A stretch of 64,000 bases of DNA from Rhodothermia bacterium (GCA_030428385.1 JAUIDY010000013.1:5583-69582), one strand, 5' to 3'. Positions 36,122 to 46,060 are shown, counted from the stretch's first letter. Translations and numbers: made by a program. Notes: generated by a model from the letters alone, not told the origin.

Positions 36122-38023
36122 CTAGGCCACCATGCGGCGTTGTTCCTGTTCTTTGTATTGCAGCTCGTAGAGCTTGTGGTAGAGTCCTTCTTGGTCCAGC
36201 AGTTCTTCATGCGTGCCCTGCTCATGCAGGTGGCCTTTGTGCATCACGAGGATGTTGTCGGCGTCGCGGATGGTGGAAAGGCGGTGGGCGATAACGAGCG
36301 ACGTGCGTCCTTCGAGTAGCTTTTCTAGCGCGTGCTGGATGATTTGCTCGGTCTCGGTATCTACGCTGGAAGTGGCTTCGTCGAGGACCAGCACTTCGGG
36401 GTCATAGACAAGCGCACGGACGAATGACAGGAGTTGCCGCTGCCCATGCGACAGGCTGGCCCCGCGCTCGCGCACGTCCTGCTGATACCCGTTCGGAAGG
36501 CGCTGGATAAACTCGTCGGCCCCGATCATGCGTGCCGCTTCTTGCACCTGTTCCAGCGTCAGGCTCGGCTCTTCCAGGGTCAGGTTGCGCTCGACGGTGC
36601 CGGAGAAAAGGAACACGTCCTGCAACACCAACCCGATGTGCTGCCGCAGATCCTTGAAGCGGTACTTCCGCACGTCGATGCCGTCAATCAGGATTTCGCC
36701 TTTCTGGATGTCGTAGAACCGCAGGAGCAGGTTGATGATGGTGGTTTTGCCCGCTCCGGTCGCGCCGACAATCGCCGCCGTCTGCCCCGGCTTGATGGTA
36801 AACGACACGTCCCGCAGGATCCAGTTGATCGGCTCGCCGTCGTCGGTATGGTCGCGGGCCACGTCTTCTTCGGTCACCTTGTCGTAGGTGAACCAGACGT
36901 TTTTAAACACGATGTGGCCTTTGAAGTCGGCGTTGACGGCGGGCTCCGCGGCTTCTTTGAGGGCGTGATCCTGATCCAGCAGCCCGAAGATGCGCTCGGC
37001 CCCGGCCATGGCGCTTTGCAGGGTGTTGTACTGGTCGGACAGGTTGCGGATGGGCTCGAAGAACTGCCGGGCATACTGGATAAACGCGATCAGCACCCCG
37101 AGCGTCAGCACTCCACCCATCGCCCGCAGGCCGCCGAACCACAGCACAAGGCCGAGGGCGGTGTCGGAGATGATGGAAACAACGGGCCAGAACAGCGCGA
37201 AGTAGAAAACGGTCTTGATCTGCGCCTGCCGGTGGTCGTCGTTGATGCCCTCGAAGCGGCGCATCTCTTCGTCCTCGCGGTTAAAAAGCTGCACAATGCT
37301 CATGCCCGTGACGTGCTCCTGCATGAAGCTGTTGAGCCGTGCCACCTGCTTACGGGTCTCGCGGTATTGCACGCGCACCATCTTCTTGAACCACATGGTG
37401 GCCCACAGCATGATGGGCACCACGGCGAGCGTAATCAGTGCGAGTTGCACGCTGAGCGAGAACATAAACGCCGCAATAAACACGATGCGGAACAGGTCGC
37501 CGAGGATCGTCACCACGCCTGCTGACAGCACATCGCTGAGGGATTCGACGTCGCTGGTGGTGCGGGTGATAAGCCGACCGATGGGCGTGCGATCGAAGAA
37601 CGAAAGCGCCTGCCGCTGGATGTGGCGGAATACCTTGGTGCGAACGTCGTAGATGGCCTGCTGCCCAATCCACTGGGTCAGGTAGGCATTGCCAAACGAC
37701 AACACCCCTTCGAGCACCAGCGCCCCGACCAGAAACAGGATGATGCGTTGCAGCCCCGAAAGATCGCCTTCTACAATATGCTGGTCGATGGCGATCTGAA
37801 CCAACTTCGGACGGAGCGGACCCAGAAACGCCGCCACCATTACTCCTACAAACGCAATCGCCACCCACCACTTGTAGGGCGCGAGGTAGGAAATAATGCG
37901 CCGCAGCAACCGGCTGTCGATGCCGGTATTTTCGGGCGTCTCTTTTTTGTTGTTGCCGTTCTTTTTGGAGGCGTCGTTGCGTTCAGCCACGAAGGTACAT
38001 CGGCGTTCAGTGGGTGAGGGCAT
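36122..38023 (-). CDS. ABC transporter, fused permease/ATP-binding (MsbA-like exporter)
   Basis: Six-TM domain followed by Walker A GATGAGKTT, signature LSHGQRQL and Walker B LVLDEATS. Start uncertain. Confidence 0.9.
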   Translation of the reverse strand: MPSPTERRCTFVAERNDASKKNGNNKKETPENTGIDSRLLRRIISYLAPYKWWVAIAFVGVMVAAFLGPLRPKLVQIAIDQHIVEGDLSGLQRIILFLVGALVLEGVLSFGNAYLTQWIGQQAIYDVRTKVFRHIQRQALSFFDRTPIGRLITRTTSDVESLSDVLSAGVVTILGDLFRIVFIAAFMFSLSVQLALITLAVVPIMLWATMWFKKMVRVQYRETRKQVARLNSFMQEHVTGMSIVQLFNREDEEMRRFEGINDDHRQAQIKTVFYFALFWPVVSIISDTALGLVLWFGGLRAMGGVLTLGVLIAFIQYARQFFEPIRNLSDQYNTLQSAMAGAERIFGLLDQDHALKEAAEPAVNADFKGHIVFKNVWFTYDKVTEEDVARDHTDDGEPINWILRDVSFTIKPGQTAAIVGATGAGKTTIINLLLRFYDIQKGEILIDGIDVRKYRFKDLRQHIGLVLQDVFLFSGTVERNLTLEEPSLTLEQVQEAARMIGADEFIQRLPNGYQQDVRERGASLSHGQRQLLSFVRALVYDPEVLVLDEATSSVDTETEQIIQHALEKLLEGRTSLVIAHRLSTIRDADNILVMHKGHLHEQGTHEELLDQEGLYHKLYELQYKEQEQRRMVA

Positions 38024-38333
38024 TCGCGAGGCAGCCGGGAGACACACGGCGCTGCCATCGCTCCGGTTTTATTCCCCAGCCGCCGCCGTGTTCTGTTATT
38101 TTATCACGTCGGTTCGGCGCACCAGGGCATAGACGATATGTCACCTATGATTTTTTTTTGCGTCGTGGGCTCGTGTATTCATCGAAGGTATCCTTACCTG
38201 GCACGCAACGCGACGGGGTGCATCGCGACAGTGCCCGTTCACAACCCTGTTCCTTCTTCCCCCATCCCTCATCGAAAACCTTCGCCTTTGCACAACGTAT
38301 CCATTTTCCTCACCTATCACCCCCGGTGCCGTT

Positions 38334-39056
38334 ATGCGTGTTTTTACGGTTCTCGTCCTGTTGCTTCCCTTTTTGATGGCGCCTAGCCCGCCGCCCCTTC
38401 CCGAGGTTTCCGACAACGGCTATGGCTTTCGCTTCGTGCGCATCAAATACGACAGCTTCGCCCGGGGACGCTGGGGAGCGAGTTGGGCGTATGACTATCC
38501 AACCGCCGAGCAAAACCTCCACCTCGCTATCGAACGCACGACGGTGTTGCACCTTGACGGCGACCCGATTGTGCTCGAACTGACCGATTCGCGCATCTTC
38601 GAATACCCGCTCCTGTACCTCTGCGAGCCCGGCTATTGGCTGACCAACGACGCCGAAGTGGAAAACTTGAAAACGTTCTTCGAGCGCGGCGGCTTTATGA
38701 TCATCGATGACTTCCACGATTGGGGGGGACGCAAGGGGCGCGAATGGAATAACTTCTACGACAACATCAAGCAGGTTTTCCCCGACCGCGAACCCGTGCC
38801 CCTCCCCAACGACCACCCCATCTGGTCGCTCTACTACGACATCGACCCTGAAGCGGCAGAATCGACCAAGCGGGGCTTTTCGCGCTACGACGACGAGTAC
38901 TACGCCATCTTCGACGACAACGGGCGCATGATGGTTATCATCTGCTACAACCAGGACATCGGCGACGGCTGGGAATGGCCCGGCGACCTTGCCGAAGCCT
39001 CGACGGTGAGCTTTCAGATGGCGATTAATTTCATCCTTTATGCGATGACACATTGA
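38334..39056 (+). CDS. DUF4159 domain protein
   Basis: GFRFVRIKY...WAYDYPTAEQNL...IFEYPLLYLCEPGYW...ERGGFMIIDDFHDW pattern recalled from DUF4159. N-terminal hydrophobic segment. Confidence 0.65.
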   Translation: MRVFTVLVLLLPFLMAPSPPPLPEVSDNGYGFRFVRIKYDSFARGRWGASWAYDYPTAEQNLHLAIERTTVLHLDGDPIVLELTDSRIFEYPLLYLCEPGYWLTNDAEVENLKTFFERGGFMIIDDFHDWGGRKGREWNNFYDNIKQVFPDREPVPLPNDHPIWSLYYDIDPEAAESTKRGFSRYDDEYYAIFDDNGRMMVIICYNQDIGDGWEWPGDLAEASTVSFQMAINFILYAMTH

Positions 39057-39161
39057 GGTTTGGGGCAGCAAGCTGGTTGTTTGCCATACGGCTGCGCCGT
39101 AGTCTTGGGTGGAGCCGCGCTTTTCCGGCTGCTGTTGTTGTTGTACGCTACCCCACCGCCC

Positions 39162-42100
39162 ATGAAGTCCCTCCTCTTTTTGCTCACGCTGCTGGCTGGC
39201 AGCGTGCTTGCCACAACTGCGCATGCCCAACTCACCGTCTCCCGCATCTTTAACGACGGGGCCGTCCTCCAGCGCAACCAGCCCCTTCCCGTGTGGGGCA
39301 CCGCTGCGGCCAACGCCGACGTCACCGTCACACTGAACGGCGTCAGCACCACCGAAACCGCCGACGCCGAGGGCAACTGGGAAGTTACGCTGGCCGCACG
39401 CGGCGCAGGCGGACCATTCTTCATCAGCATCACGTCGGGTGGGCAGCAAATCGACCTCACCGACATCTATTTTGGCGACGTGTGGCTGGCGTCGGGGCAG
39501 TCGAACATGGAATGGGCCCTGAGTCAGTCGGACAACGCCGCTGCCGTCATCGCTGCTGCCAACGACCCGACGATCCGGCACTTTAAGGTACAGAAGGGGC
39601 TCGCGAATGAACCCTCGGACACACTGCCTGCCGGAAGCATCTGGACCCCGGCGACCTCACAGTTTGTGGGCAACTTCTCGGCGGTGGGCTACTATTTTGC
39701 GCGTGACCTGCGTCCGCACGCGGGCGTGCCCATCGGCATCCTCAACACATCGTACGGGGGTAGCCGCATCGAGGCGTGGATGAGCGATGAAATGCTGGGC
39801 TACGACGAGACGAACATCGTCCTCGCCAACGGCGAACCGGAGCGGCAGCCGACGCTCGCCTACAACAAGATGCTCCACCCGCTGCTCCGCTTCCCGATCA
39901 AGGGCATCCTGTGGTATCAGGGCGAGTCGAACGCCGACAACCTGGACGACGCGCTGGCCTACGGCGACCTGTTCCAGACGATGATTACCGCGTGGCGAGA
40001 GTTGTGGGGGCAAGACGACCTGCCGTTCCTGTGGGTGCAACTGCCCAATTTCAGCAACCCGCCGGGCAACCAGCCCTCTACCTTCGACGCGTGGCCACGG
40101 CTCCGCGAGGGACAATCCGCTGCCCTGGCGCTCCCCAACACCGGCGAAGCCGTCACGATTGATGTGGGCGACGTGGACATCCATCCGACCAACAAAGAGC
40201 CCGTCGGTCACCGGCTGTCGCTGGTGGCGCGCAACGTGGCCTACGGCGAAGACCTCGTCGCGTCTGGCCCCCGCTACCACGCCAACCTCCTCGGCGACGA
40301 CGGGCGCGTGGCGATTGATTTTAGCAACCTCGGCAGCGGCCTCGTAGCCGAGGGAACGACAAACGGCGTCGTGAATGGCTTCGCGATGCAAGCCAGCGGC
40401 GGACCGCTCGTGTGGGCCAACGCGATGATCGACGGCGATCAGGTGATGGTGTGGAGTGACGACGTGCCAGAGCCGTTTTCCGTACGCTACGCGTGGGAGT
40501 ACAACCCCGCTGATGCCAATCTCTACAACGCCGAGGGCCTGCCGACCGCGCCGTTCCTCGCCATCGTGAATCCCGGCTTTAAAATCGCCACATTGGAGGC
40601 CGCACGCACCGTCATTGAGCAAGGCCAAAGCACCGAACTTTCATGGCTGGTCTTTGGGGCCTCAACGATCACCTTAAACGGCGCGCCCGTCGATTCCGCT
40701 GGCACCATGACCGTGATGCCCGAGGCCACGACGACCTACATGCTCGAAGCCACCAACCGCGATGACCTGAACGACATCGCCACCGCCGCCGTCACCATTG
40801 AGGTATTAGATCCAAACCTCATCAACCGCACGATGAACCAGCCTGCGTCCGCATCTACGTTTGAGTCCTGCTGCGGCGCAGACCTGATCGCAGATTATGC
40901 CGTGGACGGCGACCTGGAAACGCGATGGAGCAGCGCGTGGCAATCGCCCGGCGACCCCAATACCGACGACGATCCTGACGACGAGTGGCTCATGGTAGAT
41001 CTCGGCGAAACCATCGATGTGGAACGTGTGATTTTGAGTTGGGAGGCGGCCTTTGGCTCCGGCTACGACCTTGAACTCTCGCACGACCGCTACCTGTGGC
41101 GCACCATTTTTGAAGAACGCGCTGGCGATGGCGGCGAGGACAACATCGTCTTCGACACCCCACCGAGCGGGCGGTACCTGCGGATGCAGGGCGTCACCCG
41201 CGCTACCGAATTCGGGTATTCCTTGTGGGAAATCGCCGCGTACGGCCCGCTTGCTACTAGCCAGCCCCCGGCGGTGTCGGTCAGTTCGGCGACGGGTAAT
41301 GTGTTAATCCCCGGCACCAACGCCACCCTCATCGCCACCGCTACGGATGCGGACGGGAACGTGGAGCAGGCCCAGTTTTTTGTTGATGGCGTGTTGTTGG
41401 AATCGGATGACGAAGCCCCGTTTGAAACGAGTTGGACGCCAAACGAAGCAGGCGAATATATCGTCACCGTGATTGTGCAAGACGACAGCGGCATCATCGT
41501 GCAGTCCGATCCGCTCACGGTCTACGTCCTCGCCAATGACGCCCTGACGATTTACGAAGCCGAAGACGGCATTACGACCGGCGGCACCGCCAATGTCATC
41601 GTGCGCAACAGCGCGGCGGCCAGCGGCGGCGCGTACCTCGAACTGCGCGACGGCTGGACGCTCACGTTTCCTGACGTGCAGGCTCCTGTTTCGGGCACGT
41701 ACCTGATGAGTATCGGCTACCAGTTGACGTTCGAGTCGCCGAAAACGCAGTACCTCGTCGTCAACGGCGACACGCTGGAAGCGGTGGAGTTTACGGCCCC
41801 GTCCACAACGGCATGGTTGCAGCGCGGCCTGACCGTGCCGCTGCTGGCAGGCACCAATGAAGTGGCCCTGCACGGCTTCTGGAACTGGATGAGCATCGAC
41901 TTCATCGGGCTGAGCATGGACGCCGTTATCGTCGGCACCGAGGCGAGCAACGAGCTTCCTGAAACCGTTGTGCTTGAGCAAAACTATCCCAACCCGTTTA
42001 ACCCCACGACGACGATTGGCTACACGTTGCCCGAAGCGGGTCCGGTGCTGCTGGAAGTGTACGACCTCACGGGGCGGCGGCTCGCCACGCTGGTGGATGG

Positions 42101-42224
42101 CACAATGCCTGCGGGAACCCACACCGTTGCTTTTGAGGCTGACGGATTAGCTAGCGGCCTCTATTTCTACAAGCTGCAAGCAGGCGGGACGGTGCAAACG
42201 CGACGCATGGTGCTGGTGCGCTAA
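39162..42224 (+). CDS. Multi-domain secreted esterase: SASA/DUF303 (sialate O-acetylesterase-like), discoidin (F5/8 type C), Ig-like and CBM-like domains, T9SS CTD
   Basis: Signal peptide MKSLLFLLTLLAGSVLATTAHAQ. GDVWLASGQSNMEW esterase motif. DGDLETRWSSAW..WLMVDLG discoidin signature. C-terminal NYPNPFNPTTTIGY...GLYFYKLQAGG...MVLVR. Confidence 0.85.
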   Translation: MKSLLFLLTLLAGSVLATTAHAQLTVSRIFNDGAVLQRNQPLPVWGTAAANADVTVTLNGVSTTETADAEGNWEVTLAARGAGGPFFISITSGGQQIDLTDIYFGDVWLASGQSNMEWALSQSDNAAAVIAAANDPTIRHFKVQKGLANEPSDTLPAGSIWTPATSQFVGNFSAVGYYFARDLRPHAGVPIGILNTSYGGSRIEAWMSDEMLGYDETNIVLANGEPERQPTLAYNKMLHPLLRFPIKGILWYQGESNADNLDDALAYGDLFQTMITAWRELWGQDDLPFLWVQLPNFSNPPGNQPSTFDAWPRLREGQSAALALPNTGEAVTIDVGDVDIHPTNKEPVGHRLSLVARNVAYGEDLVASGPRYHANLLGDDGRVAIDFSNLGSGLVAEGTTNGVVNGFAMQASGGPLVWANAMIDGDQVMVWSDDVPEPFSVRYAWEYNPADANLYNAEGLPTAPFLAIVNPGFKIATLEAARTVIEQGQSTELSWLVFGASTITLNGAPVDSAGTMTVMPEATTTYMLEATNRDDLNDIATAAVTIEVLDPNLINRTMNQPASASTFESCCGADLIADYAVDGDLETRWSSAWQSPGDPNTDDDPDDEWLMVDLGETIDVERVILSWEAAFGSGYDLELSHDRYLWRTIFEERAGDGGEDNIVFDTPPSGRYLRMQGVTRATEFGYSLWEIAAYGPLATSQPPAVSVSSATGNVLIPGTNATLIATATDADGNVEQAQFFVDGVLLESDDEAPFETSWTPNEAGEYIVTVIVQDDSGIIVQSDPLTVYVLANDALTIYEAEDGITTGGTANVIVRNSAAASGGAYLELRDGWTLTFPDVQAPVSGTYLMSIGYQLTFESPKTQYLVVNGDTLEAVEFTAPSTTAWLQRGLTVPLLAGTNEVALHGFWNWMSIDFIGLSMDAVIVGTEASNELPETVVLEQNYPNPFNPTTTIGYTLPEAGPVLLEVYDLTGRRLATLVDGTMPAGTHTVAFEADGLASGLYFYKLQAGGTVQTRRMVLVR

Positions 42225-42258
42225 TAGCAGTTCCGAATAAAAGTCGTACATAGGCAAG

Positions 42259-42330
42259 GTGTCATGCTGAACTTGTTTCAGCATCTCTCTCCGCCAGCGT
42301 CGAGATCCCGAACCAAGTTCGGGATGACAT
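42259..42330. repeat. MITE/REP-like double-hairpin element (family 3)
   Basis: Stem ATGCTGAA/TTCAGCAT (42264..42284) and stem ATCCCGAAC/GTTCGGGAT (42305..42325), enclosed by GTGTCAT...ATGACAT. It resembles the widespread Bacteroidota intergenic repeat type. Confidence 0.6.
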
Positions 42331-42369
42331 CAGCTTCAACTTTGCACCCCGTTTTCCAACCTTCTGCAG

Positions 42370-43353
42370 CTACAGCCCTTCAATCTGGTTATTGAGCCGG
42401 GCGAGACGAACAAAGAGCGTTTCGAGTTGCGCGTAATATAGGTTTTCGTTGAGTTGCGCCTTGCGGGTCTTGAGGTCGGCGATGTCACGTTCGAGCGTGT
42501 CGCGTTCGCGGAGGAGCGGCCCCGCCGTAGCAGGATTGGTGCCCGCGGCGAGCGGGGTGCTTCGTTTGAGATACGTGATGGATGCCAAATTGCCTTCGTT
42601 GCTATTGACCAGTTCTTCCAACCGCACCGCTACGCCATCGCCCGTGTCTTCGATCAGCGCGTTTTCCGTGGCGAGTTGGCCGTCTTGCTCATAGTCCTGC
42701 GCCGTGCGCTCGGCGGCGTAGCGAAACACTTCGAGGACCGACAGGCTGCCGCTGTAATCCAGGTCGGCGGCAGGATCACCGAGGGCGGCGACAAAATGCG
42801 CCGGAAAGTTGGTTTCGTTGCGCTGCGTGGCCGTACGCGTCGCAGTAATGACGATCCGCTCCGGGGCGCTGAGCACTTCGGCGAACGGCGCGCTCGCAGA
42901 AGACGTGTTGACAAAAACCACGCGTTTGGCTTGTAGACCATTTAACAAGACCGCGTAGTCGGTGTCGTTCAGATCGCGGCGCGGAATGTTGAGTTGGGCG
43001 TTGGTCCCGTCGAAGCTGCCATGCCCAAACAGCACCACCACCACCTGATCGGCGGCTCCCACACGTCCCGCTAGCCCTTCAAACGTAGCGGTGATATTCT
43101 CCGCGTTCGACAGGTCGTCCACAAACGGCTCGCCCTGCACCTGCGCCTCCGCCAACACCGTCACATTGCCATCCGCAAACCCAAGCTGATCCACCAGCGC
43201 CCGCCGCGCCTCGAACAGATATCCTTTGAATTTCTCCGTATGCTCCGGACTACCGCCCAGCCCCCCAATCAGCACGGCATACCGCTCGCCTTCCTGCGCG
43301 GAGACGGGCAGCGCAAGCAACAATGTCATGATGAAGAGGAAGAACGCACGCAT
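42370..43353 (-). CDS. Secreted legumain/GPI8-like (peptidase C13 fold) protein with Ser at the nucleophile position and a C-terminal coiled coil
   Basis: Signal peptide MRAFFLFIMTLLLALPVSAQ. VVVVLFGHGSFDG (His111) and VVFVNTSSASAPF (Ser151) align by eye to the legumain/GPI8 H-G and (D/E)-(T/A)-C motifs with 40-residue spacing. Confidence 0.6.
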   Translation of the reverse strand: MRAFFLFIMTLLLALPVSAQEGERYAVLIGGLGGSPEHTEKFKGYLFEARRALVDQLGFADGNVTVLAEAQVQGEPFVDDLSNAENITATFEGLAGRVGAADQVVVVLFGHGSFDGTNAQLNIPRRDLNDTDYAVLLNGLQAKRVVFVNTSSASAPFAEVLSAPERIVITATRTATQRNETNFPAHFVAALGDPAADLDYSGSLSVLEVFRYAAERTAQDYEQDGQLATENALIEDTGDGVAVRLEELVNSNEGNLASITYLKRSTPLAAGTNPATAGPLLRERDTLERDIADLKTRKAQLNENLYYAQLETLFVRLARLNNQIEGL

Positions 43354-43484
43354 ATTTTTTAGGTCATTTGCTTCGCGTCATGTTCAGGCTTTGCCTGTGT
43401 CATTGATTGTCATTAACGGGCTGCGCCCGTGTCATAAGCCGCCGCTCCTCAATCTCCCACTCTCCATTTCTCCCATTCAAAAAC

Positions 43485-45788
43485 TCACGGCAATCCTTTA
43501 CGCCGCCGCCAGAACCACTCCGCTGACAACAACAGCAGAATCAGTCCGAACAACAGTGGCATGTCCCAGAGGTACGAGGCGTGGTAGATCGACGTGCTAG
43601 TGCGACGGGTGCGGATGATTTCGGGGATGGCGTTCGCCGCAGCAGGTTCATAATACGCGCCGCCTGCCGTGGTTGCCAGATCCGTCAGGAAGGAGTGTTT
43701 GAGCGTGGCGTCGTAAAACTCGCGGCCGTCGGGGCGGATAAGCAAGGGTTCTTCCTGTTCGCCCAGCATCGTGCCGTCTTCCGTGCGGGCGACGGCATAA
43801 ACCGTGTGCAGGCCCTGCTCGGCGGTGCTAAAGGAAGCCACATACGAGCCTGTCTGCGTTAGTTCTTCGCGGACCTCCAGTTCCCGGATCACGCCGGACG
43901 GCGAGGTCACGTACGCCTCCACGTCCGCGCCTACGTATGGCAGGTACTGCGCGTCGAAAACGGTCAGCGCGACGGGAATGTCATCGCCCGGCGCGAAGTG
44001 GCGCGGCCCGAGGTCGATGGTGACGGGCGTGGGAGCCGAGGCCACCAGCCACCGCATCAGTTGCCGCCAGAACCGCTCGTGGCGCACATCGTCGGCGTCG
44101 AGCAGCATTTGCCAGCGCCATGTGCTCGCCGTGGCCAGCGCTGCGCTGCGTCCACGTCCATAGCGCTGCACCGCCAGCAGCGGCTCGCCCGCGCCAAAGT
44201 CGTCGGTGGGCTTTTCCGCCAGCACCACCGCGCCCGGCTTAATCGCGCCCAAGTAGTTGATGCTGGTGAGCCCCGGCACGTCGCTCCAGCCCCGTCGGTT
44301 TTCGTCCTCGTTGGCCGAGAGTTTGAGAATCGGACTTTCCAACCCCGTCGCCGTAGGTAAAAACTGAAAGCCTTGCTCTTCGGGCGTCTGGTTCGGCAGA
44401 CTGAACTGGGCCGGAAGGATGGTGCGCCGCGACGGATCGAGCGTCACGGGCAAGACGCTGGCGATGGGGGTGTTGTTGTAGTCGCCGTCGGCGAATGAGC
44501 GCCGTCCACCCAGCATCAGGAACCCCCCGCCGCGCACACGCACAAAATCCTCGATCATCCGCAGTTGGTCGGGCCGGAAGTGCGCCGCCTCAATGTCGCC
44601 GAGGATGAGGGCTTTAAAATCGTACAACTCGGCTTCATCTTCGGGAAAACCACCCGCCAGTTCTTCCGGCGAGCGGATGCCCTGGCGGTAGACCTTGCCC
44701 GTGCCTGTCCGCGCCACCGACGTAAACTCCACCACCTGATCGTCTTCCAGCGACCGCTTGATAAACTTAAACTCCTGCCGCAGATGCCCCTCGAAGTACA
44801 ACACCCGCAGCGTGTCGCGCCGCGTATCGACGAGCATCGGCAGGGCATTGTTGGTGGTGTTCAGTTCGCCCGTCGCCGCCGCCATTTCGAGCCGGTATTC
44901 CTGGGCACCTGGCGCGGGCGGCTCAAAGAAGATCGTAAACTGATCGACCAGCCCGTCGCCTTTTAAGCGGCGCGTTTCGGTATGCAGAATCGTTTCACCG
45001 TCCAGCACGCGGAACTCCACCGGCTGCGGCTCCTCGCCCCAACTGCGCACCTTCACGTCGATCTCGGCCCCGGTCGTCGCTTCCACAGCTTTGCTGACCG
45101 TCACGTCCAGTATCTCGCGTTCCTGTGCAAACCGCTGCTGCCCGGTGCCCACCACATACAGCGGCACCTCGCGGGAACGCAGCGCCTCGGCCTGGTTGCG
45201 GGGCACGGCATTGCTGTTGTCACCGCCGTCGGTGAGGAGGACGACGCTGCGCAGCGGCAACCCCCGAAAGTCATCCAGCACCCGTTCGAGCGCGGCGCTG
45301 AGGTTGGTCGAGGCGCCTTCGGCGTTGGGCGACGAGAGCGTGTCGGCGCGGCGGGCGGCGTCATCGAAGAGGTAATAGCGCAGCTTAAAGTGGTCGTCCA
45401 GCGCGTCGAGGAGGCCGTCGTCATCAAAAAGCACCTGCGCCACGTCGTCCATGCGCGTTGTGCCAAGGGTGCCATCGGGAATGGTCATGCTGGCTGAGGC
45501 ATCCACCACCACCGCGACAAAGTTTTCGTCGGGCACCACGTCGGGCGTGATGAGCACCGGCTCGAACAGCGGAAGGCAGAGAAGCAGCAACACCACGCCG
45601 CGCAGCCCGAAAGAGACCGCCCGGACGCGGTTGGAGGTGTAGCGGTTGGTGATGGCGTAGATGATGCCAAAGGCTACCAGCAAACCGCCCAGGATCACCG
45701 CCGCGACGACCAGCCACGGCCCCGCCTGCATCCCGATCTCGCTCTCGGCGAACTGCAACTGGCTGAACTTAAAAAGTCGCTCGAACAT
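43485..45788 (-). CDS. BatA-like membrane protein: N-terminal double TM, vWA domain, GATase1-like domain, C-terminal TM
   Basis: Two N-terminal TM helices. MIDAS VVVDASASMT and VVLLTDGGDNS. Central LRVLYFEGH...ALILGD...GGGFLMLGG. C-terminal TM LLFGLILLLLSAEWFWRRRKG. Confidence 0.8.
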   Translation of the reverse strand: MFERLFKFSQLQFAESEIGMQAGPWLVVAAVILGGLLVAFGIIYAITNRYTSNRVRAVSFGLRGVVLLLLCLPLFEPVLITPDVVPDENFVAVVVDASASMTIPDGTLGTTRMDDVAQVLFDDDGLLDALDDHFKLRYYLFDDAARRADTLSSPNAEGASTNLSAALERVLDDFRGLPLRSVVLLTDGGDNSNAVPRNQAEALRSREVPLYVVGTGQQRFAQEREILDVTVSKAVEATTGAEIDVKVRSWGEEPQPVEFRVLDGETILHTETRRLKGDGLVDQFTIFFEPPAPGAQEYRLEMAAATGELNTTNNALPMLVDTRRDTLRVLYFEGHLRQEFKFIKRSLEDDQVVEFTSVARTGTGKVYRQGIRSPEELAGGFPEDEAELYDFKALILGDIEAAHFRPDQLRMIEDFVRVRGGGFLMLGGRRSFADGDYNNTPIASVLPVTLDPSRRTILPAQFSLPNQTPEEQGFQFLPTATGLESPILKLSANEDENRRGWSDVPGLTSINYLGAIKPGAVVLAEKPTDDFGAGEPLLAVQRYGRGRSAALATASTWRWQMLLDADDVRHERFWRQLMRWLVASAPTPVTIDLGPRHFAPGDDIPVALTVFDAQYLPYVGADVEAYVTSPSGVIRELEVREELTQTGSYVASFSTAEQGLHTVYAVARTEDGTMLGEQEEPLLIRPDGREFYDATLKHSFLTDLATTAGGAYYEPAAANAIPEIIRTRRTSTSIYHASYLWDMPLLFGLILLLLSAEWFWRRRKGLP

Positions 45789-46026
45789 GAAAAGGGGTGG
45801 CTTTAAAACGAACGCTCAAGGCAAGGGGTGTACGGCGATTCGGCAACTCGGTTCACCGATCTGCTGTAGGCGGTGCGCCCGGTGTCACCAGTGGGCTGCT
45901 GGGAGGGATCATGTGCTCGGTTGTGCAGGCGCTTTTTCAAGGCACCCCTTGTCTCCACGAAGATGCCTTTTCTATTTGCCCATTCTTTTGGCTTGATCCC
46001 TTGGTACATGGCAAAACATTCATTCT

Positions 46027-46060
46027 TGTCATTTCGAACGAAGGTGAGAGATCTCCCACG
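46027..46060. repeat. Half copy of TGTCATYTCGAACG...GAGAGATCTCCC repeat (family 2)
   Basis: TGTCATTTCGAACGAAGGTGAGAGATCTCCCACG matches about 28 of 32 nt of the reverse complement of 58109..58140. Confidence 0.6.

Noticed and set aside
38310-39581. 423-aa minus-strand ORF spanning the DUF4159 gene and the esterase 5' end.
   Set aside because: It crosses an intergenic gap and two well-supported plus-strand genes. Composition is Arg/Gly/Val-rich with no recognisable domain.
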